Under the pieces are notes generated by a model. The model made no database searches, had not been told where the DNA came from, and worked only from the letters and a program-made list of their open reading frames with translations. Shown in pieces: positions 1 through 9,362 of a DNA stretch of 64,000 bases (within the stretch, counting starts at the first letter, position 1; each line of letters opens with the position of its first letter). Source of the stretch: Gemmatimonadota bacterium (GTDB lineage Bacteria; Gemmatimonadota; Gemmatimonadetes; Gemmatimonadales; Gemmatimonadaceae); the NCBI GenBank assembly GCA_040389905.1, contig JAZJZK010000007.1, positions 265,105 to 329,104 of the forward strand, written 5' to 3'. A program made the position numbers and the translations under genes.

Positions 1-60
1 GGAAATGCTTCGCCGCCGGCTGACAAGCTAAGCGGGTCCGCATCTTATGCCGTTGCGCTT

Positions 61-96
61 GTTTTGTCGCCCTGAGCGAAGCGAAGGGCCCGGACC
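61..96. repeat. Family-A interspersed repeat copy (GTTTTGTCGCCCTGAGCGAAGCGAAGGGCCCG..)
   Basis: Same ~36-nt motif recurs at 14707, 18604-18752 (x3), 49373/49425 (inverted pair) and 52944-53012. Confidence 0.8.
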
Positions 97-134
97 TGTT
101 GCTGCCGCTCATCCTATCCGCGACATTTAACCCT

Positions 135-683
135 ATGTCCGAAGAACAGAATCTCGAAGCAGACGAAGTCCCCGAGCTCGAAGAGGAGCAGGTGGAGCAG
201 GCCGCGCAGGTTGACCACGTGCAACCCGCCGCAGCCGAAGACCCGCCAGTGACAGACGAGCAGCGCGACAAGTACCTCCGTCTCGCTGCCGAATACGACA
301 ACTACCGGCGCCGGACAGTCAAAGAGCGGCAGGAAGCGCATCTCCGCGGTCAGGCTGACATGCTCAAGGGCCTCATCGACCCACTCGATGACATCGGCCG
401 CTTCGCGCACGTCGATCCCGCGACGACCGATTCCCAGACGCTTGTCGACGGCGTGGCCATGGTCGAGAAGAAGCTCGCCAAGACGCTCGCTGGCCATGGT
501 CTCGAGATCGTCAATCCGCTCGACCATCCCTTCGACCCGGCGCTCCACGAGGCCGTGATGACCGAGCCCGCCGGCTCGGAAGAAGAAGATCACCTGGTCG
601 CTCGCGTGTTCCAAGTCGGCTACGTGTTCAACGGACAGTTGCTGCGTCCGGCGCGCGTAGTCGTGAAGCAATGGAACGGTTGA
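135..683 (+). CDS. grpE: Nucleotide exchange factor GrpE
   Basis: ORF 99..683. GrpE signature region [20 protein letters not shown] and C-terminal beta domain HEAVMTEP...[20 protein letters not shown]. First ATG is at 135; the 99 start is a non-ATG extension running into a repeat. Confidence 0.9.
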   Translation: MSEEQNLEADEVPELEEEQVEQAAQVDHVQPAAAEDPPVTDEQRDKYLRLAAEYDNYRRRTVKERQEAHLRGQADMLKGLIDPLDDIGRFAHVDPATTDSQTLVDGVAMVEKKLAKTLAGHGLEIVNPLDHPFDPALHEAVMTEPAGSEEEDHLVARVFQVGYVFNGQLLRPARVVVKQWNG

Positions 684-699
684 CTACGTAGTGCCTGCC

Positions 700-1845
700 A
701 TGGGCAGTCAAGACTACTACGCCGTACTCGGCGTTCCTGCGAGCGCGTCGCAGGACGAGATCAAGAAGCAGTATCGCAAACTCGCGGCGAAGCACCACCC
801 GGACAAGAATCCGAACGACCCCAAGGCCGCCGACGTCTTCAAGGGGATTTCCGAGGCGTACCAAACGCTCGGTGATGCTGACAAGCGCAAGCAGTACGAC
901 GAAATGCGCAGGCTTGGCGCGTTCGGAGGGTTCGGTGGTGGCGGAGGCCGCGCGGGAGGTCAGCAAGGCCGCCCTGGCGCGCAGTACGGTTATCCGCCGC
1001 CGGGCTCCACGGGCAACATCCGCATGGAAGATTTCGACATCGGCGGCCTCGGCGGCCTTGGCGACATCTTCAGTTCGATGTTTGGCGGCGGCGCTGCGAA
1101 GACGGGCGCAGGCAAAACACGCGGCCCGCAACGCGGCAACGATATCGAATCGACGTTGGACGTTGCTTTCCGCACGGCGGTGCTGGGCGGCAAGGTCGGC
1201 GTCGAGCTCGACCTGAACGAAGAATGCGGCACCTGCCACGGCAACGGCGCCGCACCGGGCGCGAAGATGGTGACGTGCACCGAGTGCAATGGTCGCGGAA
1301 CCATCAGCTTCGGGCAGGGCGGCTTTGCGGTTCAGCGGCCGTGCCCCGTTTGCCTCGGTCGGGGTCAGACCCCAACGGAACGGTGTCCGACCTGCGCCGG
1401 TGCCGGTGAAGTCCGCACCCGCAAGAAGGTGCAGATCACGGTGCCCACCGGTGTCGACACCGGCACGAAGATCAGGCTCAAGGGGCAGGGCGCGAAAGGC
1501 ATCAAGGGCGGCCAGGCCGGCGACCTGCTCATCACGTTTCACGTGAGCCCAGACAAGTTCTACAAGCGCGAGGGCCTCGATTTGATCGCGCCCGTTCCCC
1601 TCAGCATCGTCGATGCGACGCTGGGCAAGACCGTCAACGTGAAATCGGTGGACGGAACCAAAGTCTCGATCAAGATTCCGCCAGGTACGCAGAACGGAAA
1701 ACGCTTCCGCGTGCGTGGGCAGGGCATCGAGAAGGATGGTTCACGCGGCGACCTGATCATGCAGGCGGACGTGAAAGTCCCGGAGAAGCTGACGCCCGAG
1801 CAGGAAGAGGCGCTGAAGGTCTTTGCCGAGGCGATGAAGAAGTAG
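700..1845 (+). CDS. dnaJ: Molecular chaperone DnaJ
   Basis: J domain (DYYAVLGV...HHPDKN), G/F-rich linker, four CxxCxGxG zinc-finger repeats ([32 protein letters not shown]). ATG at 700; alternative GTG at 691. Confidence 0.93.
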   Translation: MGSQDYYAVLGVPASASQDEIKKQYRKLAAKHHPDKNPNDPKAADVFKGISEAYQTLGDADKRKQYDEMRRLGAFGGFGGGGGRAGGQQGRPGAQYGYPPPGSTGNIRMEDFDIGGLGGLGDIFSSMFGGGAAKTGAGKTRGPQRGNDIESTLDVAFRTAVLGGKVGVELDLNEECGTCHGNGAAPGAKMVTCTECNGRGTISFGQGGFAVQRPCPVCLGRGQTPTERCPTCAGAGEVRTRKKVQITVPTGVDTGTKIRLKGQGAKGIKGGQAGDLLITFHVSPDKFYKREGLDLIAPVPLSIVDATLGKTVNVKSVDGTKVSIKIPPGTQNGKRFRVRGQGIEKDGSRGDLIMQADVKVPEKLTPEQEEALKVFAEAMKK

Positions 1846-1866
1846 AGGGGCTCGCTCGAAGCGCCT

Positions 1867-2958
1867 TTACGCCGCCAGAATCGGCAGTTCGCGCCGCGCG
1901 CGCTCGATCACGCCGCCGCCGAGCACCGTGTTTCCAGCATACATGACGACTGACTGCCCAGGCGTAATCGCCGACGCACCGTCGGCGAGCGCGATCTCCA
2001 CCTCGTCCGCATCAATCCGAACGAGTGCGCCGCGCACCGGCCGAGCGCGATGACGAATCTGCACCTCGACCTCGTCTCCCACCGCGGGCGCATCCACCAG
2101 CCAGTTGATCTCGCGCGCCACCACACCGCGTCCAATCAACGCCTCGCGCGGTCCGATCACCACGTCGCGAGATGCGGGACGAATCTCCACCACGAACATC
2201 GGCTCGCGAAATCCGCCGGGCAAACCTCGGCGCTGGCCGACGGTAAAGCGTGCGAAGCCATCATGCTCGCCGAGCACCGCGCCGGACATCGAGACGAATG
2301 CTCCCGGCCGTAGTGACGGTGCATCCGCGCCGAGTGTTCGTGCGATGATCTTCGTGTGATCGCCGTCGGGAACGAAGCAGATATCCTGGCTCTCGGGCTT
2401 TTCCGCGATCAGTTCCAACCCGAGCGAATGCGCAACGGCGCGCGTCTCCGCCTTGGTCTGTGCGCCAACCGGCAGGATCATGCGCGACAACACCGCCCGA
2501 TTGATGCCCCAGAGGAAGTACGACTGGTCCTTCGCCGGATCGAGCCCGCGGTGCAGCACTGCATTTCGCACCTGGGCGTAGTGCCCCGTTGCGACCCAAC
2601 GCGCGTCGATCCCGTCGGCCTTTCGCACCAGGTCGCGGAACTTGGTGAACGTGTTGCAGCGCACGCACGGAATGGGCGTCCGTCCCCGCGCGTATTCGTC
2701 CACGAAATCCTGCACCACGTCGCTCCCGAAGGCACTCTCGAGATTGAGCACGTAGTGCGGCACGCCGAGCTGCTCGCAGATGCGGCGCGCGTCGTTCACG
2801 CTGTCCAGGGAGCAGCAGGGCCGGTCGGGCAAATCTTCGCCGTGGCAGAACAGCTTCATCGTCGCGCCGACGACGTCATATCCCTGCTCGACGAGCAACG
2901 CCGCAGCGACAGACGAGTCCACGCCTCCACTCATCGCGACCAGCACACGCTCGCGCAT
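1867..2958 (-). CDS. mnmA: tRNA 2-thiouridine(34) synthase MnmA
   Basis: PP-loop VAMSGGVDSSV and conserved CCS/CVRCN motifs. Start taken at MRERVLVAMSGG (ATG 2956-2958), which avoids overlap with the upstream stop at 2966. Confidence 0.9.
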   Translation of the reverse strand: MRERVLVAMSGGVDSSVAAALLVEQGYDVVGATMKLFCHGEDLPDRPCCSLDSVNDARRICEQLGVPHYVLNLESAFGSDVVQDFVDEYARGRTPIPCVRCNTFTKFRDLVRKADGIDARWVATGHYAQVRNAVLHRGLDPAKDQSYFLWGINRAVLSRMILPVGAQTKAETRAVAHSLGLELIAEKPESQDICFVPDGDHTKIIARTLGADAPSLRPGAFVSMSGAVLGEHDGFARFTVGQRRGLPGGFREPMFVVEIRPASRDVVIGPREALIGRGVVAREINWLVDAPAVGDEVEVQIRHRARPVRGALVRIDADEVEIALADGASAITPGQSVVMYAGNTVLGGGVIERARRELPILAA

Positions 2959-2965
2959 CAGGTAA

Positions 2966-4123
2966 TCACGCCGTCGCGAGACGGCGCGCCTTCTCCACGA
3001 GCATGGGGAACACTTCTCCCACCCGCTCGACGCACGCATCGGTGTTCATGCATCCGAGGCTCATCCGAATCGCGGACGAGGCCAGGTCTGCCGGGACGCC
3101 GATGGCCGCGAGCACGTGGGACGGCGTGATGCTCCCGCTCTGGCATGCCGAACCGGCGGAGCAGGCAATGCCGCGGAGGTCGAGCGCCATGAGCAATGAC
3201 TCGCTGTCGGTGCCTGGCACGGAGACGTTCAGGATGTGCGGCGCGCGCGGCGCACCGCGTCCGTGGATAACCGCGTCCGGAATGCGCTCCAGCAATATCG
3301 ATTCGAGCCGGTCGCGGAGTGTCTCGAGCGTCTTCCACTCATGCTCACGCTCGGCGACCGCGAGTTCGGCGGCACGCGCCAACCCGACCGCCATCGCGAC
3401 GTTCTCAGTGCCGGGGCGGCGGCCGCGGTCCTGCGCGCCGCCGAACATGAGCGGCTCGATCGGGGTGCCGCGCCGAACGTACAGTGCGCCGATTCCCTTC
3501 GGTGCTCCGATCTTGTGACCGGAGAGCGAGAGGACGTCGAACGGAGTCGTGCGTGCATTGATGTCGATCTTTCCAAAGGCCTGCACGGCGTCCGTGTGAA
3601 ACACGACGCCGCGCGCCTTCGCTCGCTCCGCAAGCTCGGCGATTGGCTGGATGACGCCGATCTCGTTGTTGACCCACATCACCGAGCACACGGCGACGTC
3701 ATCTCGCACCAATTCATCGAACGATGCGCCATCGACCAGCCCGTCGCGCGTCATGGCGACGATGCGTTCGTCACCCCCCTCCTTCGCGATCTGATGGGCC
3801 GCCGCCAGAACTGCCTTGTGCTCGATCGGCGTGGTGACGACGCCTGGCCGTCCCTTTCCATGCTGCGCTCGCCAGACCCCAAGGAGCGCCATGTTGTCTG
3901 CTTCGGTACCACAGGAGGTGAAGATCACTTCGTCAGCGGATGCGCCTAGACATCGAGCGACCCGCTCGTGCGCCTCGTCGAGCGCGGTGCGCGCCTCGCG
4001 GCCCCACCGGTGCACGCTGGACGGGTTGCCGAAGCGTGGGCCGAAAAACGGCTGCATGGCTTCGAGCACCTCGTCGCGCACGGGCGTGGTGGCCGCGTGG
4101 TCGAGATAAATGGGGGCTGGCAT
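2966..4123 (-). CDS. Cysteine desulfurase (IscS/NifS family)
   Basis: PLP-lysine motif SLSGHKIGAPKGIGALYVR and active-site loop CSAGSACQSG. Immediately upstream of mnmA on the same strand. Confidence 0.9.
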   Translation of the reverse strand: MPAPIYLDHAATTPVRDEVLEAMQPFFGPRFGNPSSVHRWGREARTALDEAHERVARCLGASADEVIFTSCGTEADNMALLGVWRAQHGKGRPGVVTTPIEHKAVLAAAHQIAKEGGDERIVAMTRDGLVDGASFDELVRDDVAVCSVMWVNNEIGVIQPIAELAERAKARGVVFHTDAVQAFGKIDINARTTPFDVLSLSGHKIGAPKGIGALYVRRGTPIEPLMFGGAQDRGRRPGTENVAMAVGLARAAELAVAEREHEWKTLETLRDRLESILLERIPDAVIHGRGAPRAPHILNVSVPGTDSESLLMALDLRGIACSAGSACQSGSITPSHVLAAIGVPADLASSAIRMSLGCMNTDACVERVGEVFPMLVEKARRLATA

Positions 4124-4152
4124 AGAGAGGAAAGATAATCAAATCGACAGCG

Positions 4153-4930
4153 AACCTACGTACTCAGTACCAAGTACAACCACATACGTACCAAGTACCC
4201 GGACCCGGTACCCGGACTGGCACCCGAGCCAAAGAGAGCCATCGAACCTTCGGTGAGTGCGACGGGACACACGTACGAGGTACCTGGAACCGTGTACCCG
4301 GGACTGGCCCTCCAGCCAAGAGGAGCCATAGACAGCTCCTGCGCGCTACGACGTGATACCTCACGACAACCGGCCCAAGCAGGCCCCATCGATACATTCG
4401 ATGCCATCAAGCGGGTCGATGGCTCTCCTTGGGTTGAATGCCAATCAGGGTACCAGGTTCCGGGTACCTCGTACGTTTGTGGTTGTACTGAGTACGTATG
4501 TACGTCAGTTCAGCCCCTTATGTCCCGTAGAACTTCGCGAAACCTACGTACTCAGTACCAAGTACAACCACATACGTACCAAGTACCCGGACCCGGTACC
4601 CGGACTGGCACCCGAGCCAAAGAGAGCCATCGAACCTTCGGTGAGTGCGACGGGACACACGTACGAGGTACCTGGAACCGTGTACCCGGACTGGCCCTCC
4701 TGCCAAGAGGAGCCATAGACAGCTCCTGCGCGCTACGACGTGATTTCTCACGACAACCAGCCCAAGCAGGCCCGATGGATGCATTCGATGCCATCAAGCG
4801 GGTCGATGGCTCTTCTTGGGTTGAATGCCAATCAGGGTACCAGGTTCCGGGTACTTCGTACGTTTGTGGTTGTACTGAGTGCGTATGTACGTCAGTTCAG
4901 CCCCTTAAGTCCCGTAGAACTTCGCGCGTA
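4153..4930. repeat. Two tandem copies of a ~388-bp highly structured unit, each made of three ~70-90-nt modules (two direct, one inverted)
   Basis: AACCTACG... starts at 4153 and again at 4541. The copies are nearly identical apart from a few substitutions and a 1-nt indel. Arms 4157-4248 and 4413-4504 are imperfect reverse complements. Module 4267-4333 is a third, direct copy. Each unit ends with the last ~27 nt of kynA. Confidence 0.9.
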
Positions 4931-5645
4931 CTTCCCAGAGTGCAGGAAAGAACTTCTGGTCGATCGTCTTCAGCAGGTATTTAGCCCCGAGCGTCCCACC
5001 CGTGCCCCCAGTCATCGGCCCGAGCACCCGCTCGACCAGCTGCACGTGACTGAAGCGCCACTGCGCGAACTGTTGTTCGTACTCGAGCAGCGATTCGGCG
5101 AGAAAGAAGAGCGTCGTCGGCCGCTCACCCACGTACAGCGATTCGAGCGTCGCGTCCGAGACGCGCAGCAGATCGAGGAAAAGCTCCTGCAGCGTCGGCC
5201 GGCCGAGCGCACGTTCGACGACGGCGGGGATCGGCCCATGCTCGGCGAGCACATGGAGAAAATGCGGGTCGCGCATGCCCGACACGGCCTCGATCGCGCG
5301 AAACTGCACGCTCTGTGAGCCGCTCGACGTGCCAAGGTGGCGGCGGAATTCCGCGAAGTGCTGCGGTGGCAGCGTCTCGAGCGCCGAAAGCTGCGCGGAC
5401 ACGATCCGCATCAGCGCATTGATGCGGCCCATTCGAAAAACGGCGAACTCCGCTTCACGAGCGACGAAGTGGTCGATCAACAGGTCGAGCTCGTGGAGGA
5501 TCTCCTTGAACCACAGCTCACTCGCCTGGTGCACGACGATGAACAGGAGCTCATCGGGGTGCGGCGATCGCGTGCGCTGCAACTCGAGCAGTTCGTCGAG
5601 CGCGAGATACGATCCGTACGTGACGTCGCTGTGATCGTCGCTCAA
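4905..5645 (-). CDS. kynA: Tryptophan 2,3-dioxygenase
   Basis: TDO-family sequence (YGSYLALDELLELQ...FIVVHQASELWFKEILHELD...GGTGGTLGAKYLLKT). Confidence 0.85.
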   Translation of the reverse strand: MSDDHSDVTYGSYLALDELLELQRTRSPHPDELLFIVVHQASELWFKEILHELDLLIDHFVAREAEFAVFRMGRINALMRIVSAQLSALETLPPQHFAEFRRHLGTSSGSQSVQFRAIEAVSGMRDPHFLHVLAEHGPIPAVVERALGRPTLQELFLDLLRVSDATLESLYVGERPTTLFFLAESLLEYEQQFAQWRFSHVQLVERVLGPMTGGTGGTLGAKYLLKTIDQKFFPALWEVRAKFYGT

Positions 5646-6361
5646 AACGTTGCGACCTCGAGCGCGTTGATATCGTCCACGCGCATCATTTCGGTGGTGT
5701 AGAAAGGTTCGCCGTAGCGCGTGCGGATGAGCGCCCCGTACGTCGCCGCATAGTGCCGGACCATGTCGTAGAGCGGCTCGCCGTTGGGATACACCTCACC
5801 GGCTTGCGTTTCGCCATCGAACTGCGACGCATAACACTTCACGGCCGCCAGCTTCTGCTCGAACTCGTCGCTGATGTCGACGACGAATGTCGGCTTCACG
5901 AAGTCCTGCCGGTACGTCAGCGAATGCAGAATCTTGAGCGGCCGGTGCTTTGGCACATCCGGCGCGATCTTCTTGAGGCCAGCCACGAAGCACGCGTCGC
6001 GCACGAGCTGCGCGGTGATGCGATGATCCGGATGGCGGCCCTCGAGGGAAGGCGCGATCACCACGCGGGGCGCGAAGCGGCGAATGACGCGGGCCAACGC
6101 CTCACGCGTCGCCGGCGTGTTCTCGACACCTGCATCCGGAAGCCCAAGTGTCTCTCGCGCGCTACAGCCAAGTACCGCGGCCGCGCGATCGGCCTCCTCG
6201 CCGCGAAGCTGTGCGGAGCCGCGCGTGCCCAGCTCACCCTGCGTGAGGTCGAGAATGGCCGTTCGCTGGCCCCTTTTCACGGCCTTGATCAGCGTGCCGC
6301 CACACGTGAGTTCGACGTCGTCTCGGTGTGCCGCAATGGCCAGGATGTCGACTGGGGTCAT
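5642..6361 (-). CDS. PIG-L/LmbE family deacetylase (BshB1-like)
   Basis: N-terminal ILAIAAHRDDVELTCGGT and HPDH motifs typical of LmbE/BshB1 deacetylases. 4-nt overlap with the kynA start. Confidence 0.8.
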   Translation of the reverse strand: MTPVDILAIAAHRDDVELTCGGTLIKAVKRGQRTAILDLTQGELGTRGSAQLRGEEADRAAAVLGCSARETLGLPDAGVENTPATREALARVIRRFAPRVVIAPSLEGRHPDHRITAQLVRDACFVAGLKKIAPDVPKHRPLKILHSLTYRQDFVKPTFVVDISDEFEQKLAAVKCYASQFDGETQAGEVYPNGEPLYDMVRHYAATYGALIRTRYGEPFYTTEMMRVDDINALEVATF

Positions 6362-6381
6362 CGCGAGAATATAGCCGGAAT

Positions 6382-6468
6382 GTCACCCCGAGCGAGCAAA
6401 GCGAGTCGAGGGGTCTGCACCTCGCAAACAGCGGAACGTGCAGATCCCTCGACTTCGCTCGGGATGAC
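6382..6468. repeat. Family-B palindromic repeat (inverted pair GTCA(C/T)CCCGAGCGA..GTCGAGGG(G/A)TCTGCAC)
   Basis: Arms 6382-6420 and 6438-6468 are reverse complements. The same element occurs at 9102-9190, 14761-14792 (half) and 23513-23534 (partial). Confidence 0.85.
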
Positions 6469-6491
6469 AACCCGGCATCCTTCCCCCTGTC

Positions 6492-7772
6492 CTACTCGTA
6501 TCGCAGCGCCACCACTGGGTCCATCTTCGCCGCACGAATCGCCGGCAGCATGCCGAAGACGATTCCTGTGACGGCGCTGATGCCCAGCGACGCTGCCACC
6601 GTGCTCCACGACGTCGTCGCCGGGATCGATGGCCACGCCGTCCGCACGCCGATTGCCACGAGAATGCCGAGTACGAGCCCCACAGACGCCCCGATTCCCG
6701 TCAGCGTCACCGCCTCGACGAGGAACTGCCAGAGGATCGTCCACTTGGTCGCGCCGAGTGCCTTGCGCACACCGATCTCACGCGTGCGTTCGGTGACGGA
6801 GATCATCATGATCGCAATCACGCCAATACCGCCGACGAGCAGCCCAACGGACGACAGCGCGAGCCCGACAACGAAGAACGTGCCGAACAGCTGGTTATAG
6901 ATCGACCAGAGCCTGTCCTGCGTGACGATGTCGAAGTTGCTCACCTGACTCGGCCGGAGGCCGCGGTGCCCGCGAAGTGTCGCCGTGACATCGTCCACCG
7001 CTTCCTCGACGGTGACGCCGGTCATCGGCTTCACGATGAGGTTGTTGCCGCGCATGTACAGATTCAGGTGCCGGCGTGCTGCTTCGAAGGGCACGATCGC
7101 CTTGGGCGAGTCCCCCCCACCTGCCGACGTCGGCGTACCCATCGGGCTGGCGGTGTAGTGGTACAGACCAATGACGGAGAATTGCACGTCATCCACCATG
7201 ATGATCTTATCAATGGGGTCGGAGTCACCGAACAGGTTCTGCGCCAGCTTGTCGTTCACGAGGATGACCCGCGCTCCAGCGGCATTCTCCGATTCGCTGA
7301 AGTTCCGGCCCGGATAGATGTCGCCGCCGTCCACTTCCGTCCAGTTGGCGGTGTAGGCCTCCATGCCGGCATTCACAGTCTTGTCCTTGTACCTGAACTT
7401 CGCGCCGGTACCAACATGCGAGGTGACCGCGCGGATATTGGGTAGGCGCTGGATTGCGGCCACTTCTTCGAGCGTAATGGGCGGGTTGCGGCGCTCGGGG
7501 CAGGTCTCGACCGTGCCGTCGCACGAGTTGAATCCACCGATTGGCCTGCGGTAGACGAAGAACGACGTCGGGCCCGCGGCTTCGATGTCGCGACGGAACG
7601 ATTCGTTGATGCCCTGCACGACGGATGACATGGCGACGACGACAAACACGCCGAGCGCGACGCCCATGATGGTGAGACCCGCGCGCACTTTGTTGGCCCG
7701 CAACGCCTCGAGTGCGATGCCGACGCCCTCGAAAATCTGCGTGAACGGCGTCAGGATGGAGCGTATCGACAT
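6492..7772 (-). CDS. ABC transporter permease, MacB/FtsX type (B-type, pair 3)
   Basis: N-terminal TM, large periplasmic domain, C-terminal FtsX 3-TM module (ERTREIGVRKALGA...). Paralogue of 9363..10619 and 12119..13375. Confidence 0.9.
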   Translation of the reverse strand: MSIRSILTPFTQIFEGVGIALEALRANKVRAGLTIMGVALGVFVVVAMSSVVQGINESFRRDIEAAGPTSFFVYRRPIGGFNSCDGTVETCPERRNPPITLEEVAAIQRLPNIRAVTSHVGTGAKFRYKDKTVNAGMEAYTANWTEVDGGDIYPGRNFSESENAAGARVILVNDKLAQNLFGDSDPIDKIIMVDDVQFSVIGLYHYTASPMGTPTSAGGGDSPKAIVPFEAARRHLNLYMRGNNLIVKPMTGVTVEEAVDDVTATLRGHRGLRPSQVSNFDIVTQDRLWSIYNQLFGTFFVVGLALSSVGLLVGGIGVIAIMMISVTERTREIGVRKALGATKWTILWQFLVEAVTLTGIGASVGLVLGILVAIGVRTAWPSIPATTSWSTVAASLGISAVTGIVFGMLPAIRAAKMDPVVALRYE

Positions 7773-9010
7773 TATTCCTGCCTCAGCGCGTCAATAGGAT
7801 CGAGCGACGCCGCTCGGCGCGCCGGATAGACCCCCGAAACGATTCCGACGACGGTGCCCAGCAGCGTTGCGACGACGAGCGACCACGGCGCAATTGCTGC
7901 GGGCAGTGGCGTATTCATCGCGATGACCTTGGCTCCGAGGATGCCGAGCGCGATCCCAAGAATGGCGCCGAGCGTGCTCAGTGTCGCCGCTTCCACGAGG
8001 AATTGGCGGAGGATGTCCTTTCGCCGCGCACCGAGCGCCTTCCGGATCCCGATCTCGCGCGTCCGCTCGGCAACGGCCACGAGCATGATGTTCATGATGA
8101 CCATGCCGCCCACGACGAGTCCGATGGCAGGAAGTGCCGTGCCGGCGATCGTCATGATCTCCTTGGTCTTCTGGAAGCTGGTGAGTGCAGACGCCGACGT
8201 TTCCATCACGAAGTTGTCCGGAACGGCCGGACGTAGTCCGCGATGGGCGCGCAGCACTTCCCGCACCGTCTCCATCGCATCGTTCATCATGAGGTCGTTC
8301 GGCGCCTGCACCAGCAGTCCATCGATGTCACCGCGCGGGTTCGTAAGGCGGTGAAGGGGTGAGTTGAAGGGGGCGTACGCCGTCTTGTCGAGGGACTGGC
8401 CAAAGAGGCTGCCCTGATGCTCGATCACGCCGACGACGCTGTACGGAATTCCGCCGATCCGCAGTTCGCGGCCAATGGGGTTCAGTCCAGCGAAGAAGAA
8501 CTTCGCGACCTCGTCACCGATGACGACGACCGTCGACCCGAGTTCCGCTTCCTGCTGCGAGAAAATACGGCCGCTGGAGAGGTCGTACTTCTTGATCGTG
8601 AAGTAGTCGCCCTCGACTGCGTGCGCATCGATCTGCCGCGGGCGAGAGTAGACACTCGTCGCCCAGAGGGTTTCCTGGCTCTCGACAGCGTAACGCGTGC
8701 CGGAGGGCAGGGTGCTGCGAACGAGCGCCACATCCCGGTGAAACACCCGAGGACGCCGCTGCCACTCGCGCCACTCCTCCTCGGTCGTGTTGTCGCCGAA
8801 CCAGGGGTAGCGCCGCAGGGTGAAGGTATTCGCCCCAAGCATGCGGCCCATGAAATCCTCTTCGACGTACTTGCTCATGCCCGTGACGATCGACACCACG
8901 GCGATGAGGAACATCACGCCGATCATCACGCCGAGCAGGGTGAAGAAGCTCTTCAGCTTCTGCACGCGGATCTGCTGGAGCGCGAGCCAGACGGCCTCTG
9001 AGAATGGCAT
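7772..9010 (-). CDS. ABC transporter permease, MacB/FtsX type (A-type, pair 3)
   Basis: Start set at MPFSEAVWLALQQIRVQKLKSFF (ATG 9008-9010) by analogy with paralogues starting MPFF/MPFI. The ORF extension to 9241 is translated repeat DNA. TAATG stop/start overlap with the downstream gene at 7772. Confidence 0.88.
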   Translation of the reverse strand: MPFSEAVWLALQQIRVQKLKSFFTLLGVMIGVMFLIAVVSIVTGMSKYVEEDFMGRMLGANTFTLRRYPWFGDNTTEEEWREWQRRPRVFHRDVALVRSTLPSGTRYAVESQETLWATSVYSRPRQIDAHAVEGDYFTIKKYDLSSGRIFSQQEAELGSTVVVIGDEVAKFFFAGLNPIGRELRIGGIPYSVVGVIEHQGSLFGQSLDKTAYAPFNSPLHRLTNPRGDIDGLLVQAPNDLMMNDAMETVREVLRAHRGLRPAVPDNFVMETSASALTSFQKTKEIMTIAGTALPAIGLVVGGMVIMNIMLVAVAERTREIGIRKALGARRKDILRQFLVEAATLSTLGAILGIALGILGAKVIAMNTPLPAAIAPWSLVVATLLGTVVGIVSGVYPARRAASLDPIDALRQE

Positions 9011-9101
9011 TTCCTGGTGGCTGGAGAGAGGTATCCGGGCTATACGGGCGGGGCGGTCGGAAAGTGTCAGCGCGCTGGTTTGGGCGCGCATCCGCACGGA
9101 T

Positions 9102-9190
9102 GCCATCCCGAGCGAAGTCGAGGGATCTGTACCTTCAGTCTGGGGTTTGTGGTGCAGACCCCTCGACTCGCTTCGCTCGCTCGGGGTGAC
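9102..9190. repeat. Family-B palindromic repeat
   Basis: Inverted pair 9102-9132 / 9152-9190 matching 6382-6468. Confidence 0.85.
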
Positions 9191-9237
9191 AGCCGCGGGT
9201 GGTTCCACTTGTTTTGTCGCTCTGAGGTTGCACCGGA

Positions 9238-9350
9238 ACATTGAACGCGGATTGAGCGAATTGAAGCGGATAAGTTCTGATTGAACAGCATTCTTGAAGT
9301 TGTTCTATCAGGTTTGATCCGCCTAAATCGGCTCAATCCGCGTTCAATGT
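9238..9350. repeat. Family-C palindromic repeat (..CATTGAACGCGGATTGAGCG....CGCTCAATCCGCGTTCAATG..)
   Basis: Long hairpin-forming element. Related copies at 45391-45501 and 60358-60462, each flanked by GCACCGG / CCGGTGC. Confidence 0.85.
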
Positions 9351-9362
9351 GCCGGTGCGCCT

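Noticed and set aside
4253-4984. 243-aa ORF (and several 80-120-aa ORFs on both strands) across the 4.15-4.93 kb block
   Set aside because: These ORFs are translations of the tandem and inverted repeat modules, so the same peptide strings recur. They have no start context and no protein-like composition.
9011-9241. N-terminal 77-aa extension of the permease ORF 7772..9241
   Set aside because: The extension translates family-B repeat DNA (..PSERSESRGL..). The paralogues start at MPF(F/I/S), which corresponds to ATG 9008-9010.
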